DNA from: Alphaproteobacteria bacterium
Lineage (GTDB): Bacteria; Pseudomonadota; Alphaproteobacteria; SP197
Length of the DNA: 64,000 nt
Direction: 5' to 3'
Assembly: GCA_964291415.2 (NCBI GenBank)
Contig: OZ219920.1
Coordinates: forward strand, 544,001-608,000
The translations under genes and the position numbers were made by a program. Below the pieces are notes generated by a model. That model was not told where the DNA came from. It searched no databases and was given only the letters and a program-made list of their open reading frames with translations. Positions 52,618-63,432 of this stretch are shown piece after piece (positions within the stretch are counted from its first letter, which is position 1; every line of letters starts with the position of its first letter).

Positions 52618-53061
52618 CTAGCTGGTTTCCACGATCCGAAGATGCGGGTCCGGTCGAAGGTGCCGGGGTACAAGCCGGCCCGCACGGCGGTTCAGCGTCG
52701 CCAGGCACCCCGATCTTGTCCGCGCAAGCGACAGGAGGTAGGCATCGGTCACCTGACGATGCCCCGTGAAGAGGATGTCTCGGGAGAACCCGGCCGACAC
52801 GCAGTCAACGTCATCGGACCAGAATTCTTGGCCGTCCATGGCAGTGATGTCCTGCAGCAAGGATGGCGCCGTGGGCGGCGAAGCCGCGCCCGATGTAAAC
52901 GCGGTGTTGGAAGAAAGCGGGACAAATCCGAGCTGGGTCAGCGGACAGGTCGCCCAGCCCGTCGATGCTTCCCGTTCGAATCACGCGTGGGCAGGATCGT
53001 GATGAACGTGCGACGGCCACGCCAGGGCGGGCAGCAGGTTGAGGTCCAGGAGGAAGATCAA
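52618..53061 (-). pseudogene. vapC: VapC PIN toxin with a premature stop
   Basis: LLDLN.L.ALAWPSHVHH..AHA*F...WATCPLTQLGF...GHRQVTDAYLL; in-frame TGA at 52983-52981. Confidence 0.85.
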
Positions 53062-53285
53062 AGCTCGTCTTCGTACCGCTTCACGCGATCGAGGGTCAGA
53101 ACGGTACCGTCGCGGGAGACATCGAATACGGGAAAACCCTTGCGTTTTCGCACAACCGTCGTCTCCGGTCGCAATCCGCGTCGCGCCAGGTCGGAGAGCA
53201 CCGCGCCCACCGAGAGGTTTCGCTCGTCCGCGATCGACCTGGCCGCCTCGAGAATCTCGTCGTCAATGTTCAGCGTCGTTCTCAT
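53058..53285 (-). CDS. vapB: VapB-like antitoxin
   Basis: MRTTLNIDDEILEAAR.......SVGAVLSDLARRGL. Confidence 0.9.
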   Translation of the reverse strand: MRTTLNIDDEILEAARSIADERNLSVGAVLSDLARRGLRPETTVVRKRKGFPVFDVSRDGTVLTLDRVKRYEDEL

Positions 53286-53709
53286 GCCGGAGAGGATGCC
53301 ATCACGATGCTATGATATCGAGATGTGTTCATGCGGAGTGACATCGGGAACGACGTGGACCTTGCAGCCAGAGCAGGTGAGCAGATTGTCGAGATTGCTG
53401 CGCGGACAGGCAGCGGCCCTGGGGTGGACCAGTGCGGTTTCTCGGTCTGAAGCCGTCGCGCCCGTTACCGTCGCGGGCCATCCACAACTCCTCGTTTCGG
53501 ACCTTGCGGATCCAGGGAGGCATTCTTCTGCCGCGGCTGGAAGGAAGAACTGAGCGAGAGCCAGGTTGGGCGGATCCGCGAGATCCATGACGATCAAACG
53601 AAACGCTTCGGCTCCCTGCCCGAAGGGTCCTGACGAGCGGGTTCGAGCATTCGGGGGGCGCCGGTCAGCGAGCTTCTGATCCCGTCAGCGGCGAACGGGT
53701 CTCCCCTTG

Positions 53710-55029
53710 TCAGATGTCCTCGGGCAGGACCTGGTTCAGCACGATGGCGATGACGGCCGTGGGAAGCAGGCCGGAGACGGCCATGGTGTGAAGGACGCCC
53801 GGCAGGTACTGGACGGCGGTGGGGACCAGGTTGAGGCCGAGCCCGAAGGCCAGTGACACGGCGATGATCACCATGTTCCTGCGGTTCATGGTCACGGTGG
53901 CCAGCATGTTGAGGCCGGCGGCGGCCACCATGCCGAACATCACGATGACGCCGCCACCGAGGACGGGGAGCGGCATGGAGGCGATCACCGCGCCGATCTT
54001 CGGCAGGAAACCGCACACGACAAGGATGATGGCGCCGATCGTGACGACGTGCCGGCTCATGATTCCGGTCATGCCGACAATGCCGACGTTCTGGCTGAAC
54101 GACGTGTTGGGAAGGCCACCGAAGACGGATGCCACCGCGGTCCCGAGACCGTCGGCGTAGGTTGCGCCGGCAATCTCCTTGTCGGTCGCGTCACGGTTGG
54201 CGCCCGCCTTCGCCGTGGCGGAGGTGTCACCGACCGTCTCCACGGCCGATACGATGCAGATCAGCGTCACCGCGATGACGGCGCCAAGGCTGAATTCCAG
54301 CCCGTGGGGGAAAACATCGGGGACGGCGACGATGCCCGCCTTCTCCACCGGGGCGAAGCTCACCATGCCGAGGATGAGCGCCAGGACATAGCCCGCCACC
54401 AGGCCGACCAGCACGGCTGCAGCCGAGATGATCCCGCGGCAGTAGAACTTGGCGACGATGGCCACGATCACGACGACGAGCGCCACGGACCAGTGCTCCA
54501 GCGATCCGAAGCTCTCCGCCTCCATCTGGAACGTGGCGGCGCCCCCGGCCGCGTACTTGACGGCCACGGGGATGAGATAGAGGCCAATCGCCAGGATCAC
54601 CAGTCCTGTCACGAGAGGAGGAAAGAGGAAGCGGATGCGGCCGATGATGGTGCCGAACCCGAAATGGATGATGCCCCCGATGAGACAGGCGGTCAGGGCG
54701 ACGCCGAGGCCCTCGGTGGCGGCAATAGCCGTCAGCACCGAGACGAAGGCAAAGCTGGTTCCCTGCATGATCGGCAGGCGGGATCCGACCGGACCGACGC
54801 CAACCGTCTGGAAGAGGGTGGCGATGCCCGCAAAGAGCATGGCCATCTGGATGAGATAGACCTGTTCGGCGCCCCCGAAGGCCAGACCGGCGGCGCCGGC
54901 GACGATGATGGAAGGGGTGATGTTGGAGGCGAACATCGCCAGCACGTGCTGCAGGCCGAGTGGTATCGCTTCCACCAGCGGCGGCGTGACGTCGGGGTTC
55001 GCGTACCGGTTCTCTGCCTGGCTGGTCAT
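53710..55029 (-). CDS. NCS2 family nucleobase (xanthine/uracil) permease
   Basis: GLQHVLAMF, GTSFAF, ETVGD, NAT motif FSQNVGIVGMTG. Confidence 0.95.
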   Translation of the reverse strand: MTSQAENRYANPDVTPPLVEAIPLGLQHVLAMFASNITPSIIVAGAAGLAFGGAEQVYLIQMAMLFAGIATLFQTVGVGPVGSRLPIMQGTSFAFVSVLTAIAATEGLGVALTACLIGGIIHFGFGTIIGRIRFLFPPLVTGLVILAIGLYLIPVAVKYAAGGAATFQMEAESFGSLEHWSVALVVVIVAIVAKFYCRGIISAAAVLVGLVAGYVLALILGMVSFAPVEKAGIVAVPDVFPHGLEFSLGAVIAVTLICIVSAVETVGDTSATAKAGANRDATDKEIAGATYADGLGTAVASVFGGLPNTSFSQNVGIVGMTGIMSRHVVTIGAIILVVCGFLPKIGAVIASMPLPVLGGGVIVMFGMVAAAGLNMLATVTMNRRNMVIIAVSLAFGLGLNLVPTAVQYLPGVLHTMAVSGLLPTAVIAIVLNQVLPEDI

Positions 55030-55195
55030 GGCTGCCGACGCTCCCTTGTGTTCTTGCCCTGCATCATGAAGGCCGCCGGAGGATTTGTCACACGCGGCCT
55101 CGTCCTTGCGCACGCAATCCGGATGCCGTCTACTCTGGCCCTGCCGGGAACCTTGGTGCCTGGCTCATGACGAGTGCGGGAACCTGTAGCCAGCA

Positions 55196-56707
55196 ATGTT
55201 CAATCTTGCCAGCAACCTGGAAAGCGCCGCCGCCAGTTTCCCGGGGCGCGAGGCCATCGTGTTCGCCGGGCGGCGGTGGACCTACGCCGAGCTGGAGGAG
55301 CAGGCGGGCCGGGTGGCCAACGGCCTCTACCGCGCCGGTATCCGGGAAGGGGATCACGTGGCTCTGGTCTGCCCCAACCGGCCGGAGTTCGTGACGAGCT
55401 ATTTCGGCATCCTGAAAGTCGGCGCCGTGGTCGTGTGTGTCAGCGCGTTGCTGAAGGCCCGGGAGATCGCCTACCAGCTCGAGCACTCCGACGCCGTGGC
55501 CATGATCGCCTATGGCGGCGACGACATGACGATCGGAAACCATGCCCGTGAAGCCTTCGAGGAGGTCGGCGCCTGTCGCCGGGCCTGGTTCATCGGCATG
55601 GAGAGTTTTGATGAACTGGTCGGGGACGAGGACGGGACCTTCGAAAGCGCTTCCGTATCCGGTGAGGCGACGGCCGTCATTCTCTACACGTCGGGCACCA
55701 CCGGATTTCCCAAGGGTGCGGAACTGAGCCACGCCAACATCATCATGAACGTCATGGTGCTGGCCCGCATCAAGCCACCACTTGAGGAAGGCGGAAAGAC
55801 CCTGATCGCGCTGCCGCTCTTTCACGTCATGGCGCAAACCTGTGCCATGCACCTTGCCATCTACAACGCCATGACGATCGTCCTGGTCCAGCGCTTCAGG
55901 GCGGCCGACGTGATCAGGCTGATGCTGGAGGAGGGCATCACCGGCCTTCATGGCGTGCCGACGATGTACAGGGCCATCCTCGACTGCGCGGAGGTGACGC
56001 AAGACGAAAGGACGATGCTGGCCGAGCAGCTCGAGTCATTCTCGGCCGGTGGCGCATCCTTGCTGCCTGAACTGCAGAAGGAGTGCATGGAGACCTATTC
56101 GGTCAGCATGTCGAACGGCTACGGCGCCACGGAAACTTCGCCCGCCTCGTGCTTTCACCAGACAAGTGGCGCCATCCCGCTCGGTTCCATCGGCACCGCT
56201 GCCTGGGGTGTCCGGCTGAAGATCGTGGACGGAACGGGTGGCGACGTGCCGGCAGGCGAGGTCGGTGAACTCCTCGTGCGCGGCCATTGCGTCATGAAAG
56301 GCTACTACAAGGACCCGGAAGCCACGGCCGAAGCAATCCGCGACGGCTGGTATCACACCGGCGATCTCGCGAGAATGGACGGGGACGGCCACGTCTTCAT
56401 TGTCGGGCGCAAGAAGGAGCTGATCATCCGAGGCGGATTCAACGTGTACCCGGCGGAGGTTGAGGGCGTGCTCCTCGAACACCCGGCCATTTCCCAGGCA
56501 GCTGTCGTCGGTGTGTCCGACCCGGTTTACGGGGAAGAGGTGAAGGCCTTCATCACCACGAGGCCAGGATCGTCGCTGAACGCTTCTGATGTTGTCAATT
56601 GGGCAAGGAATGAACTGGGGGCGCACAAGTACCCCCGCCTTGTCGAAATCAGGGAGACCCTGCCACTCGGCCCCACGGGCAAGGTGCTCAAGAGGATGCT
56701 GACATGA
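55196..56707 (+). CDS. Long-chain acyl-CoA ligase (ANL family)
   Basis: YTSGTTGFPKG, GYGATE, TGD, GR.KE.I, TGKV. Confidence 0.95.
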   Translation: MFNLASNLESAAASFPGREAIVFAGRRWTYAELEEQAGRVANGLYRAGIREGDHVALVCPNRPEFVTSYFGILKVGAVVVCVSALLKAREIAYQLEHSDAVAMIAYGGDDMTIGNHAREAFEEVGACRRAWFIGMESFDELVGDEDGTFESASVSGEATAVILYTSGTTGFPKGAELSHANIIMNVMVLARIKPPLEEGGKTLIALPLFHVMAQTCAMHLAIYNAMTIVLVQRFRAADVIRLMLEEGITGLHGVPTMYRAILDCAEVTQDERTMLAEQLESFSAGGASLLPELQKECMETYSVSMSNGYGATETSPASCFHQTSGAIPLGSIGTAAWGVRLKIVDGTGGDVPAGEVGELLVRGHCVMKGYYKDPEATAEAIRDGWYHTGDLARMDGDGHVFIVGRKKELIIRGGFNVYPAEVEGVLLEHPAISQAAVVGVSDPVYGEEVKAFITTRPGSSLNASDVVNWARNELGAHKYPRLVEIRETLPLGPTGKVLKRMLT

Positions 56708-56939
56708 TGGGTGTTTCGCAAAGCGAAGTCATCGTACGTCATGGTATCGCCGCCGGATACAGGATTGGTACGAAGGACGGCCCAGAGACCTTCTTGTCAA
56801 CTCCTCCATCGATCCAGGCAACGGTGCCGGGCCGGTTGTGAAGAGCGGGGCAAGCCCGTTGCAAAGTCGAATTCGTGAAGCGGCGCGGTCAACGTCAATC
56901 AGGTCTGACGTCTTCTCTGGCAATGCCGGACGGTCGGGC

Positions 56940-58259
56940 TTACGGCAGTTTCCATAACCGGGATATTGGTACTGCGTGGAAGCGACTGCCGAAGGGGACG
57001 CATGTTTCACCGTCGTAGAGCACTACGCCGCGAGCGAAACGGTTGCCGACTGCACTTTCGAGTTTGCGCAACCCGCGAAAGTCGGTCGAATTCACTGTGG
57101 CCGCCGCCTTGATTTCCACGCCGGCGACATCACCCGACGCCTGCTCGATGACAATGTCCGTCTCGACACCGTCCTTGTCTCGAAAATGAAAGAACTCGGT
57201 CGGTGTGTCGTGCCAACTGGCTTGCCTTCGCAATTCCTGATACGCGAACGTCTCCAGGAAATGTCCCAGCAGAGTTCTGTCTGCCGCGAGCGCCTTGGCG
57301 TTGGCGCCGAGCAAGGCTGCGGCGAGACCGGTGTCGTTGACATGCAACTTCGGGCTCTTGACCAGCCGCTTCATTCGGTTGCTGTGCCAGGCCGGGAGCC
57401 GTTCCAGCAGGAAAAGCCTCTCAAGGAGCGTGACGTAATCCCGGATTGACGGCCGGCTGAGCTCGAATGGCGAGGCCAGGCTGCTGAGGTTGAAGAGCTG
57501 GGCCGTGTGTGCGGCCGCGGCACGGAGGAGTCTTGGCAGCACGTCGAGCGAGCGGACTCGCGTGATGTCTCGCGCGTCACGCTGGACGAGTGCTTCCACG
57601 TAGTCGCGATACCAGTTCGCCAGGCGCCTCGGGGTCGGGCGCGCCAATGCCGCTGGATAACCGCCGGCAACGATCTTTTCGACAAGCTGCCCTGCGAGAC
57701 GATCGCAATGGAACATTGGGAAACCGTCACCGAACAAGGCGTTCAGAAAGTCCGCATCGGGACAAGACGGGCTTGATCGACCCGTGAGCTCAAACTGTGT
57801 CAAAGGATGCAAGGGCACGATTTGTATGCGTCCCGCGAGGGAATCCGACAATTGCGGAACAAGAAAGACATTGGTGGAGCCCGTAAGCAGGAAACGTCCG
57901 GGTGCCCGCTGGCGGTCCACGGAAATCTTGATGGCCTCGAACAGCTCGGGAACACGCTGGACTTCGTCAAGGATGACGCGCTCCGGCAGGTCAGCAACGA
58001 AACCCGTCGGGTCCGTCCGGGCGCCGTCTCTCGCGACAGGATCGTCGAAACTGAAGTACCTGTAGTCCTGATCGTCCTGAGAATAACCCCAAGCGGGTCC
58101 GCCGCCGCCCCGGTTCACATAGTTCGGCGCACAGGTGATCTGAGCGAGCGTTGTCTTGCCGCTCTGACGGGGGCCGTGAATCAGCACGACCGGTGAATCC
58201 TCGAGCGCTTCGACAAGCCGGCGTTCGACGGATCGGGGGTAGAAGACCGGATTCGACAT
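56940..58259 (-). CDS. AAA+ ATPase with DUF4143 C-terminal domain
   Basis: GPRQSGKT, ILDEVQR, LTGS, GGYP, K.PK...DTG, E.D...EIK nuclease-like tail. Confidence 0.93.
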   Translation of the reverse strand: MSNPVFYPRSVERRLVEALEDSPVVLIHGPRQSGKTTLAQITCAPNYVNRGGGGPAWGYSQDDQDYRYFSFDDPVARDGARTDPTGFVADLPERVILDEVQRVPELFEAIKISVDRQRAPGRFLLTGSTNVFLVPQLSDSLAGRIQIVPLHPLTQFELTGRSSPSCPDADFLNALFGDGFPMFHCDRLAGQLVEKIVAGGYPAALARPTPRRLANWYRDYVEALVQRDARDITRVRSLDVLPRLLRAAAAHTAQLFNLSSLASPFELSRPSIRDYVTLLERLFLLERLPAWHSNRMKRLVKSPKLHVNDTGLAAALLGANAKALAADRTLLGHFLETFAYQELRRQASWHDTPTEFFHFRDKDGVETDIVIEQASGDVAGVEIKAAATVNSTDFRGLRKLESAVGNRFARGVVLYDGETCVPFGSRFHAVPISRLWKLP

Positions 58260-58319
58260 CGGCCAAATGTAAGTTCAGAGTGCGGCCAATTGCAAGCTCA
58301 CAGTGCGGCTGATTGTAAG
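58260..58319. repeat. About 2.6 imperfect 23-bp tandem repeats abutting the ATPase start codon
   Basis: CGGCCAAATGTAAGTTCAGAGTG / CGGCCAATTGCAAGCTCACAGTG / CGGCTGATTGTAAG. Confidence 0.75.
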
Positions 58320-58747
58320 AATTTGTCTCGTCCAATTGGAGGAAGATACGTCCGATGCAGTTGAGCGAGCGTTCGTCCGGCGGCGGTCCAACAGGGGCTG
58401 GCCAGCCAACTCGGGTGCCATGTCCTCGCTATGTGCGCCAGGACAACGCAGTTGAAGGGGCTCTCTTGACAACAGCCTATGCCAGCTCCGCCGGCGTGAT
58501 GTGCGCTCCGATGCTGTCCCCCGGACCGCACAGCTCCCGATTATCGGCGGTCCCTCGCCGAGGGCCAGGTGAAGGAATGGAGCAAGTTATGGAGACGCGC
58601 GTCTTCGGTCCCGGCACGCATTCGAACAAGGTGCCAGACAGTGATGTTCCGTGACATGGGCCGCGTGGTATCGTCCGTGGCGGGGAAGACGTACAGGCGG
58701 CAGGACACGATCGTTGTTCGGCACCATCGGTGCGTGAACGGTAGGGC

Positions 58748-60406
58748 ATGATGGCGAAAGCAACGGACTACATCGTGATTGGCGCAGGGTCCGCCGGGTG
58801 TGTGCTCGCAAGCCGGTTGAGCGAGGACCCGCATGTGACGGTGAAGGTGCTGGAGGCCGGTCCGTCGGATCGCAGCCTGTGGTTGCTGCGCATGCCGGCG
58901 GCGGCGTGGATCATCATCAACGGCAAGCGTTACAACTGGCGGTACTTCTCCGAGCCCGAGCCCGGCATGGACAACCGCCGGCTTCTCTATCCGCGGGGCA
59001 AGGTCCTGGGCGGATCGTCGTCGATCAACGGCATGGTGTACCTGAGGGGCAATCCACTCGACTACGACCATTGGGCGACCAACCGCCTCGACAACTGGTC
59101 GTTCGCCCACTGCCTTCCCTATTTCCGGAAGATGGAAAAGACCGACCGTGGCGACGACGCATTCCGCGGCCGCGACGGTCCTCTGGAGATCACCGTGGGC
59201 GGTGACAGCAGCCCTCTCTATCAGGCCTATGTCGAGGCCGGCCAGCAGGCCGGCTATCCCTTCAACGAGGATGTGAACGGCTATCGCCAGGAAGGGGTCT
59301 TCTTCATGGAGCGCACGGTGCTGGGCGGGGTGCGCAACTCGGCGGCACGAGCCTGGCTTCATCCCGCGCTCCATCGCCCCAACCTCGAGGCCCTGACCAA
59401 CGCCACCATCAACCGCATTCTCTTCGAGGGCAGTCGCGCCGTCGGTGTCGAATACATCCAGGGCGGTCGATCGAAGACCATGCGGGCCGAACGGGGTGTC
59501 GTGCTGAGCGCCGGCACCTTCAACTCCCCTCAGATCCTGCTGCGTTCGGGGATCGGGCATGCCGATGAATTGAGGGAGCACGGTATCGACGTGGTGCGTC
59601 ATCTCCCCGGCGTCGGCCGCAATCTCCAGGACCATCTCGACTGGACCATTCAGTACCAGTGCAAGCAGCCGGTCTCCCATTATCCTGCGACGAAGCCCCT
59701 TGGCCAGGCCCTGGCCGGTGTCGAGTGGCTGCTGGCCAAGCGGGGCGTTGCGGCCTCCAACCTCTTCGAGGCCGGCGGCTACTTTCGCAGCCGTCCCGGC
59801 ATCGAGTACCCCAACATCCAGCATCACTTCGTTGCCGCTGCCATGAATCTTGACGGCTCGGTGCCCTGCAAGGATCACGCCTTCCAGATCCACATCAGCC
59901 AGATGCGCCCGACCAGCCGGGGCTACGTCCGCCTGAAGTCTGCCGACCCCTTCGATCCACCTCGCATCCGGTTCAACCACCTTGAGACCGAGAACGACCG
60001 CCTTGAATTCCGGGAGGGACTTGAACTCACCCGCGAGATCGCCGCCCAGAAAGCACTCGCCCCCTACCGTGGACGGGAATTCGCTCCGGGCGAGGACGTC
60101 TCGTCCCGGGAGGACGTCGATGCCTTTGCACGCCGCGTTGGAGAGACAGAGCATCACCCGGCCTCGACCTGCAAGATGGGCTATGACGACGATGCCGTGG
60201 TCGACCGCGATACCCGGGTTCATGGCTTCGACAATCTTCACGTGGTCGACGCATCGATCATGCCCAATGTGGTCACCGCCAATCTCAATGCGACCTGCCT
60301 GATGCTGGGCGAAAAGGCTGCGGACCTCATTGCCGGACGGGAACCCCTGGCTCCCGACTACACGCCGTTCCATCGGGCGCCCGACTGGCAGACCACGCAG
60401 AGATAG
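58748..60406 (+). CDS. GMC oxidoreductase, choline dehydrogenase-like
   Basis: GAGSAG, RGKVLGGSSSINGMVY, GRNLQDH, HHPASTCKMG, NLNA. Confidence 0.93.
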   Translation: MMAKATDYIVIGAGSAGCVLASRLSEDPHVTVKVLEAGPSDRSLWLLRMPAAAWIIINGKRYNWRYFSEPEPGMDNRRLLYPRGKVLGGSSSINGMVYLRGNPLDYDHWATNRLDNWSFAHCLPYFRKMEKTDRGDDAFRGRDGPLEITVGGDSSPLYQAYVEAGQQAGYPFNEDVNGYRQEGVFFMERTVLGGVRNSAARAWLHPALHRPNLEALTNATINRILFEGSRAVGVEYIQGGRSKTMRAERGVVLSAGTFNSPQILLRSGIGHADELREHGIDVVRHLPGVGRNLQDHLDWTIQYQCKQPVSHYPATKPLGQALAGVEWLLAKRGVAASNLFEAGGYFRSRPGIEYPNIQHHFVAAAMNLDGSVPCKDHAFQIHISQMRPTSRGYVRLKSADPFDPPRIRFNHLETENDRLEFREGLELTREIAAQKALAPYRGREFAPGEDVSSREDVDAFARRVGETEHHPASTCKMGYDDDAVVDRDTRVHGFDNLHVVDASIMPNVVTANLNATCLMLGEKAADLIAGREPLAPDYTPFHRAPDWQTTQR

Positions 60407-60470
60407 GACACACGCGGGTGACCAGGACGGCGCCACGCGACGCAAATGAACGGCAACCAGGGACAATGAC

Positions 60471-61178
60471 ATGACCGATGAACCGACAGCCGACGAGATC
60501 GCCTCGCTCGTCGGTATCGACACGCCGACCATCTGCAACCTGCTGGAGATGGTGGTACCGGAAAGGCGCGGGTTCGGCTTCACCGTTCAGCACCTGCACT
60601 GCCTCTTTCCCCACATGAAACCCATCGTCGGATTCGCCAGGACGGCGACGATGAGAGCCAAGGATCCGGCTGGATGGACGCCGGACGAGGCACGATCCCG
60701 TCGCGACCGGTATCTCGACTACGTTGCCGACGGCGACGTTCCCAAGATCTGCGTGGTCCAGGATGTCGATGAACGCCCGGGGTATGGCGCACTCTTCGGA
60801 GAAGTCAACAGCACCGTTCACAAGGCGCTCGGCTGTCTGGGGCTTGTGACCGACGGCAGCGTACGGGATATCGATCAGCTGGCCCCCGACTTCCAGGTGC
60901 TGGCCGGCCTCGTCGCGCCGTCGCATGCCTTCGTCCACGTCGCCCAGTGGGCATGCGAGGTCAACATCAACGGCATGGTCGTGCAGGACGGAGACCTCAT
61001 CCACGCGGACCGTCACGGTGCGGTCGTCGTTCCGCTGGCGGCGGTGAGAGGTGTCCTCGAGAGCCTGGATCTCATGGTGCGCCGCGAGGCTGTCATACTC
61101 GAGGCGGCGCGGCGTCCCGGGGCCACTGTCGATGACATCAAGGAAGCGTGGAAGCGATCGGACCGGATCAGGGAGTGA
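60471..61178 (+). CDS. RraA/HMG-aldolase family protein
   Basis: DTPTICN, GEVN, VTDGSVRDI, GDLIHADRHG. Confidence 0.92.
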   Translation: MTDEPTADEIASLVGIDTPTICNLLEMVVPERRGFGFTVQHLHCLFPHMKPIVGFARTATMRAKDPAGWTPDEARSRRDRYLDYVADGDVPKICVVQDVDERPGYGALFGEVNSTVHKALGCLGLVTDGSVRDIDQLAPDFQVLAGLVAPSHAFVHVAQWACEVNINGMVVQDGDLIHADRHGAVVVPLAAVRGVLESLDLMVRREAVILEAARRPGATVDDIKEAWKRSDRIRE

Positions 61179-61325
61179 AGCGGTACGCCTTGTCGTTCCG
61201 GTGCCTGATGGGCCCGAAGAGTAGGACTCTGAAACGCTGTTCGACAGTCGTCGCGTGAATGCACCGGTGCTTTCGCAGCTTCCCGACCTCGGCGAACCAC
61301 GTGCTGAGGTTGTGCGGATCTATGT

Positions 61326-61520
61326 TCAAATCGAAACCTCGATGCACTCATCTGGCGCTATCTGTTCGATCACGGCCACAATCTGCTCGATGCGAGGCCA
61401 AGACGTGCACAGTAGCACCAGCACCGACAAGTTCCGCCTTGCGAGACTCTGTTGATGACGCAAGCTCTGATCCGTCGTGACCAGCGGCTTGAAGCCACCT
61501 GCCTCGGTGCGATTTAGCAT
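61326..61520 (-). pseudogene. DUF5615 PIN-like toxin C-terminal remnant
   Basis: LVTTDQSLRHQQSL..RNLSVLVL..TSWPRI. Confidence 0.6.
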
Positions 61521-62166
61521 TGCGCTGGTGAGAAGGCGCGACCATACGCGCGAAAAAGCGGTCTCCACGCAGTGATTCGACAGGTTTCCGCGCAGAGCGC
61601 GCTGAACCGACGGAGAAGAACGGCTCTACAAGCGCTGTCGTTGACGTTCGAAGGGCTTTCGCGGGGAGGCCAGGACTTGACGCGGGTGGGACTGAGTTGT
61701 CAGCCGGCGACCTCAACAATATCAAGATCCAAGCTTGTCTCAAGGCCGGGGCGATCGACTTCAACGACTTGCTAACGCACTTCGCGCTTGATCATCCATC
61801 ACGCGGTCAGTCCACGAGGTGTGGTGCTAAGTTCAGATCTTTCCGTGACTTCGAGTTTTTGACAATCCCTACCTGCGGCATTGCCAGTTGCGTGCCTGCG
61901 CCGCACTAGAGTAGCCGTTATGGGATGGACTGTTCCTTGGTTAGAGTGCATGTTGTGAGGTCTGTGTTTGGTGTGGCAGTGGTATCCTGCTGACAGAATC
62001 GCGCCTTGCTCAGACCAAGCGCCGATCACCACGGCTGGGACACTTTAAATGGCTATCTGGGTGCAACGCCGGAGCGCTTGTTGTGAGACCAATAGATGTG
62101 TCGGGCTGGGCTGCCGCTCCAAGCGGCGGGAACGAGGCCCATTCCGGTTGACTGTGGTGATCCACG

Positions 62167-63432
62167 GTGACTAGCGAAGCGAGTGCGGGCGAACGCCCTG
62201 CCACGCTCAGAGCGATCCAGGCCCGCAACTATCGTAGCCTGCGGCACGTTGACTTGCGATTCGACGGGAACTTCTACGTCCTCGTCGGTCCGAACGGTAG
62301 CGGAAAGAGCACGCTATTGGACGCGATTGCGTTCTTGACTGACTTCGTTCAGCAGGGACTGGAACGGGCGGTGGGGAAGCGCACGCGAAACTTCCAGGAT
62401 CTCGTGTGGGGCCGCCCGGCTAAGTCGCCTAGCTTCGAACTGGCGGCGGAGTTCGCAGTGGGTACTCAGATGCTTCGCTACGAGTTGCGGGTCGAGGAAT
62501 CCAGCGATGGCGTAAAGGTGGCGCGCGAGAACGGATACCTTGCCCGCCTCACGCCTAAGGAGTTTGAGATAAGCGCAAGATCCAGTTCTATTGTTCAGAC
62601 ATCCGACAGCAGGCCGCAACAAATCTTTGGCCGGAACGAGCGCCGCAACGTCGCGTGGATCCGCTCCGAGAACAAGGAAGGGGGCGAAATTCAAATCGCC
62701 CACCGCCACAACGAGAACAGTGTGATTGATTTCCTTTCGATGTTGCACGGAGTTTCGCTCAGCGACGAAGAAGAGATGGACTTCTCCGTCTCGTTGCGGA
62801 TCACGAACACGCTAAAGCGGCACGGAGTGCAGCGCCTCCAACTGGACGGCCGGAAACTCAGGCAAGCGTCGAAGTCGAACGGGGACGATGGTAGCCGGTT
62901 GGCGGACGACGGCAGCAATTTGCCCCGCGTGTTGGAAAGGCTGAAGTCGGATCCCAAGGAGTGGGAGAGGTGGCTTGAGCACGTGCGCTTCGCATCGCCG
63001 GAGCTTGAGGGGATCAGAATCGTTCATCGAGAGGACGACCGCCACGACTACCTGATGGTCAAACACGCCGGCGTCGAAGTGCCGTCTTGGGGCGTCTCAG
63101 AAGGCACGCTGCGGTTGTTCGCCCTGACCGTGATCGCCTACCTTCAGGAGTTTCCTTTGGCGTATCTGTTGGAGGAGCCTGAGAATGGCATCCATCCGAT
63201 GGCCATTGAGTTTGCCTACCAGGCTTTGTCGGCAGTCTACGGCACACAAGTCTTCATCGCCTCCCACTCGCCGACGTTGCTGCGCTGCGTCGAAGTAGAC
63301 GAGGTCCTGTGTTTCGGTTACGACCCGAAAAGAGGGACGGCAATCGTTCCCGGTGGTGAGCATCCGCGATTAGGGGAATGGCGAGGTTCAGTGGACGATA
63401 GCGTGTTCTGGGCGGCAGACATCCTGTCGTGA
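62167..63432 (+). CDS. ABC/AAA_21-type ATPase, MAD3-like
   Basis: NYRSL, GPNGSGKS, SEGTLR, LLEEPENGIHP, ASHSP; coupled to the MAD4-like gene. Confidence 0.85.
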   Translation: MTSEASAGERPATLRAIQARNYRSLRHVDLRFDGNFYVLVGPNGSGKSTLLDAIAFLTDFVQQGLERAVGKRTRNFQDLVWGRPAKSPSFELAAEFAVGTQMLRYELRVEESSDGVKVARENGYLARLTPKEFEISARSSSIVQTSDSRPQQIFGRNERRNVAWIRSENKEGGEIQIAHRHNENSVIDFLSMLHGVSLSDEEEMDFSVSLRITNTLKRHGVQRLQLDGRKLRQASKSNGDDGSRLADDGSNLPRVLERLKSDPKEWERWLEHVRFASPELEGIRIVHREDDRHDYLMVKHAGVEVPSWGVSEGTLRLFALTVIAYLQEFPLAYLLEEPENGIHPMAIEFAYQALSAVYGTQVFIASHSPTLLRCVEVDEVLCFGYDPKRGTAIVPGGEHPRLGEWRGSVDDSVFWAADILS

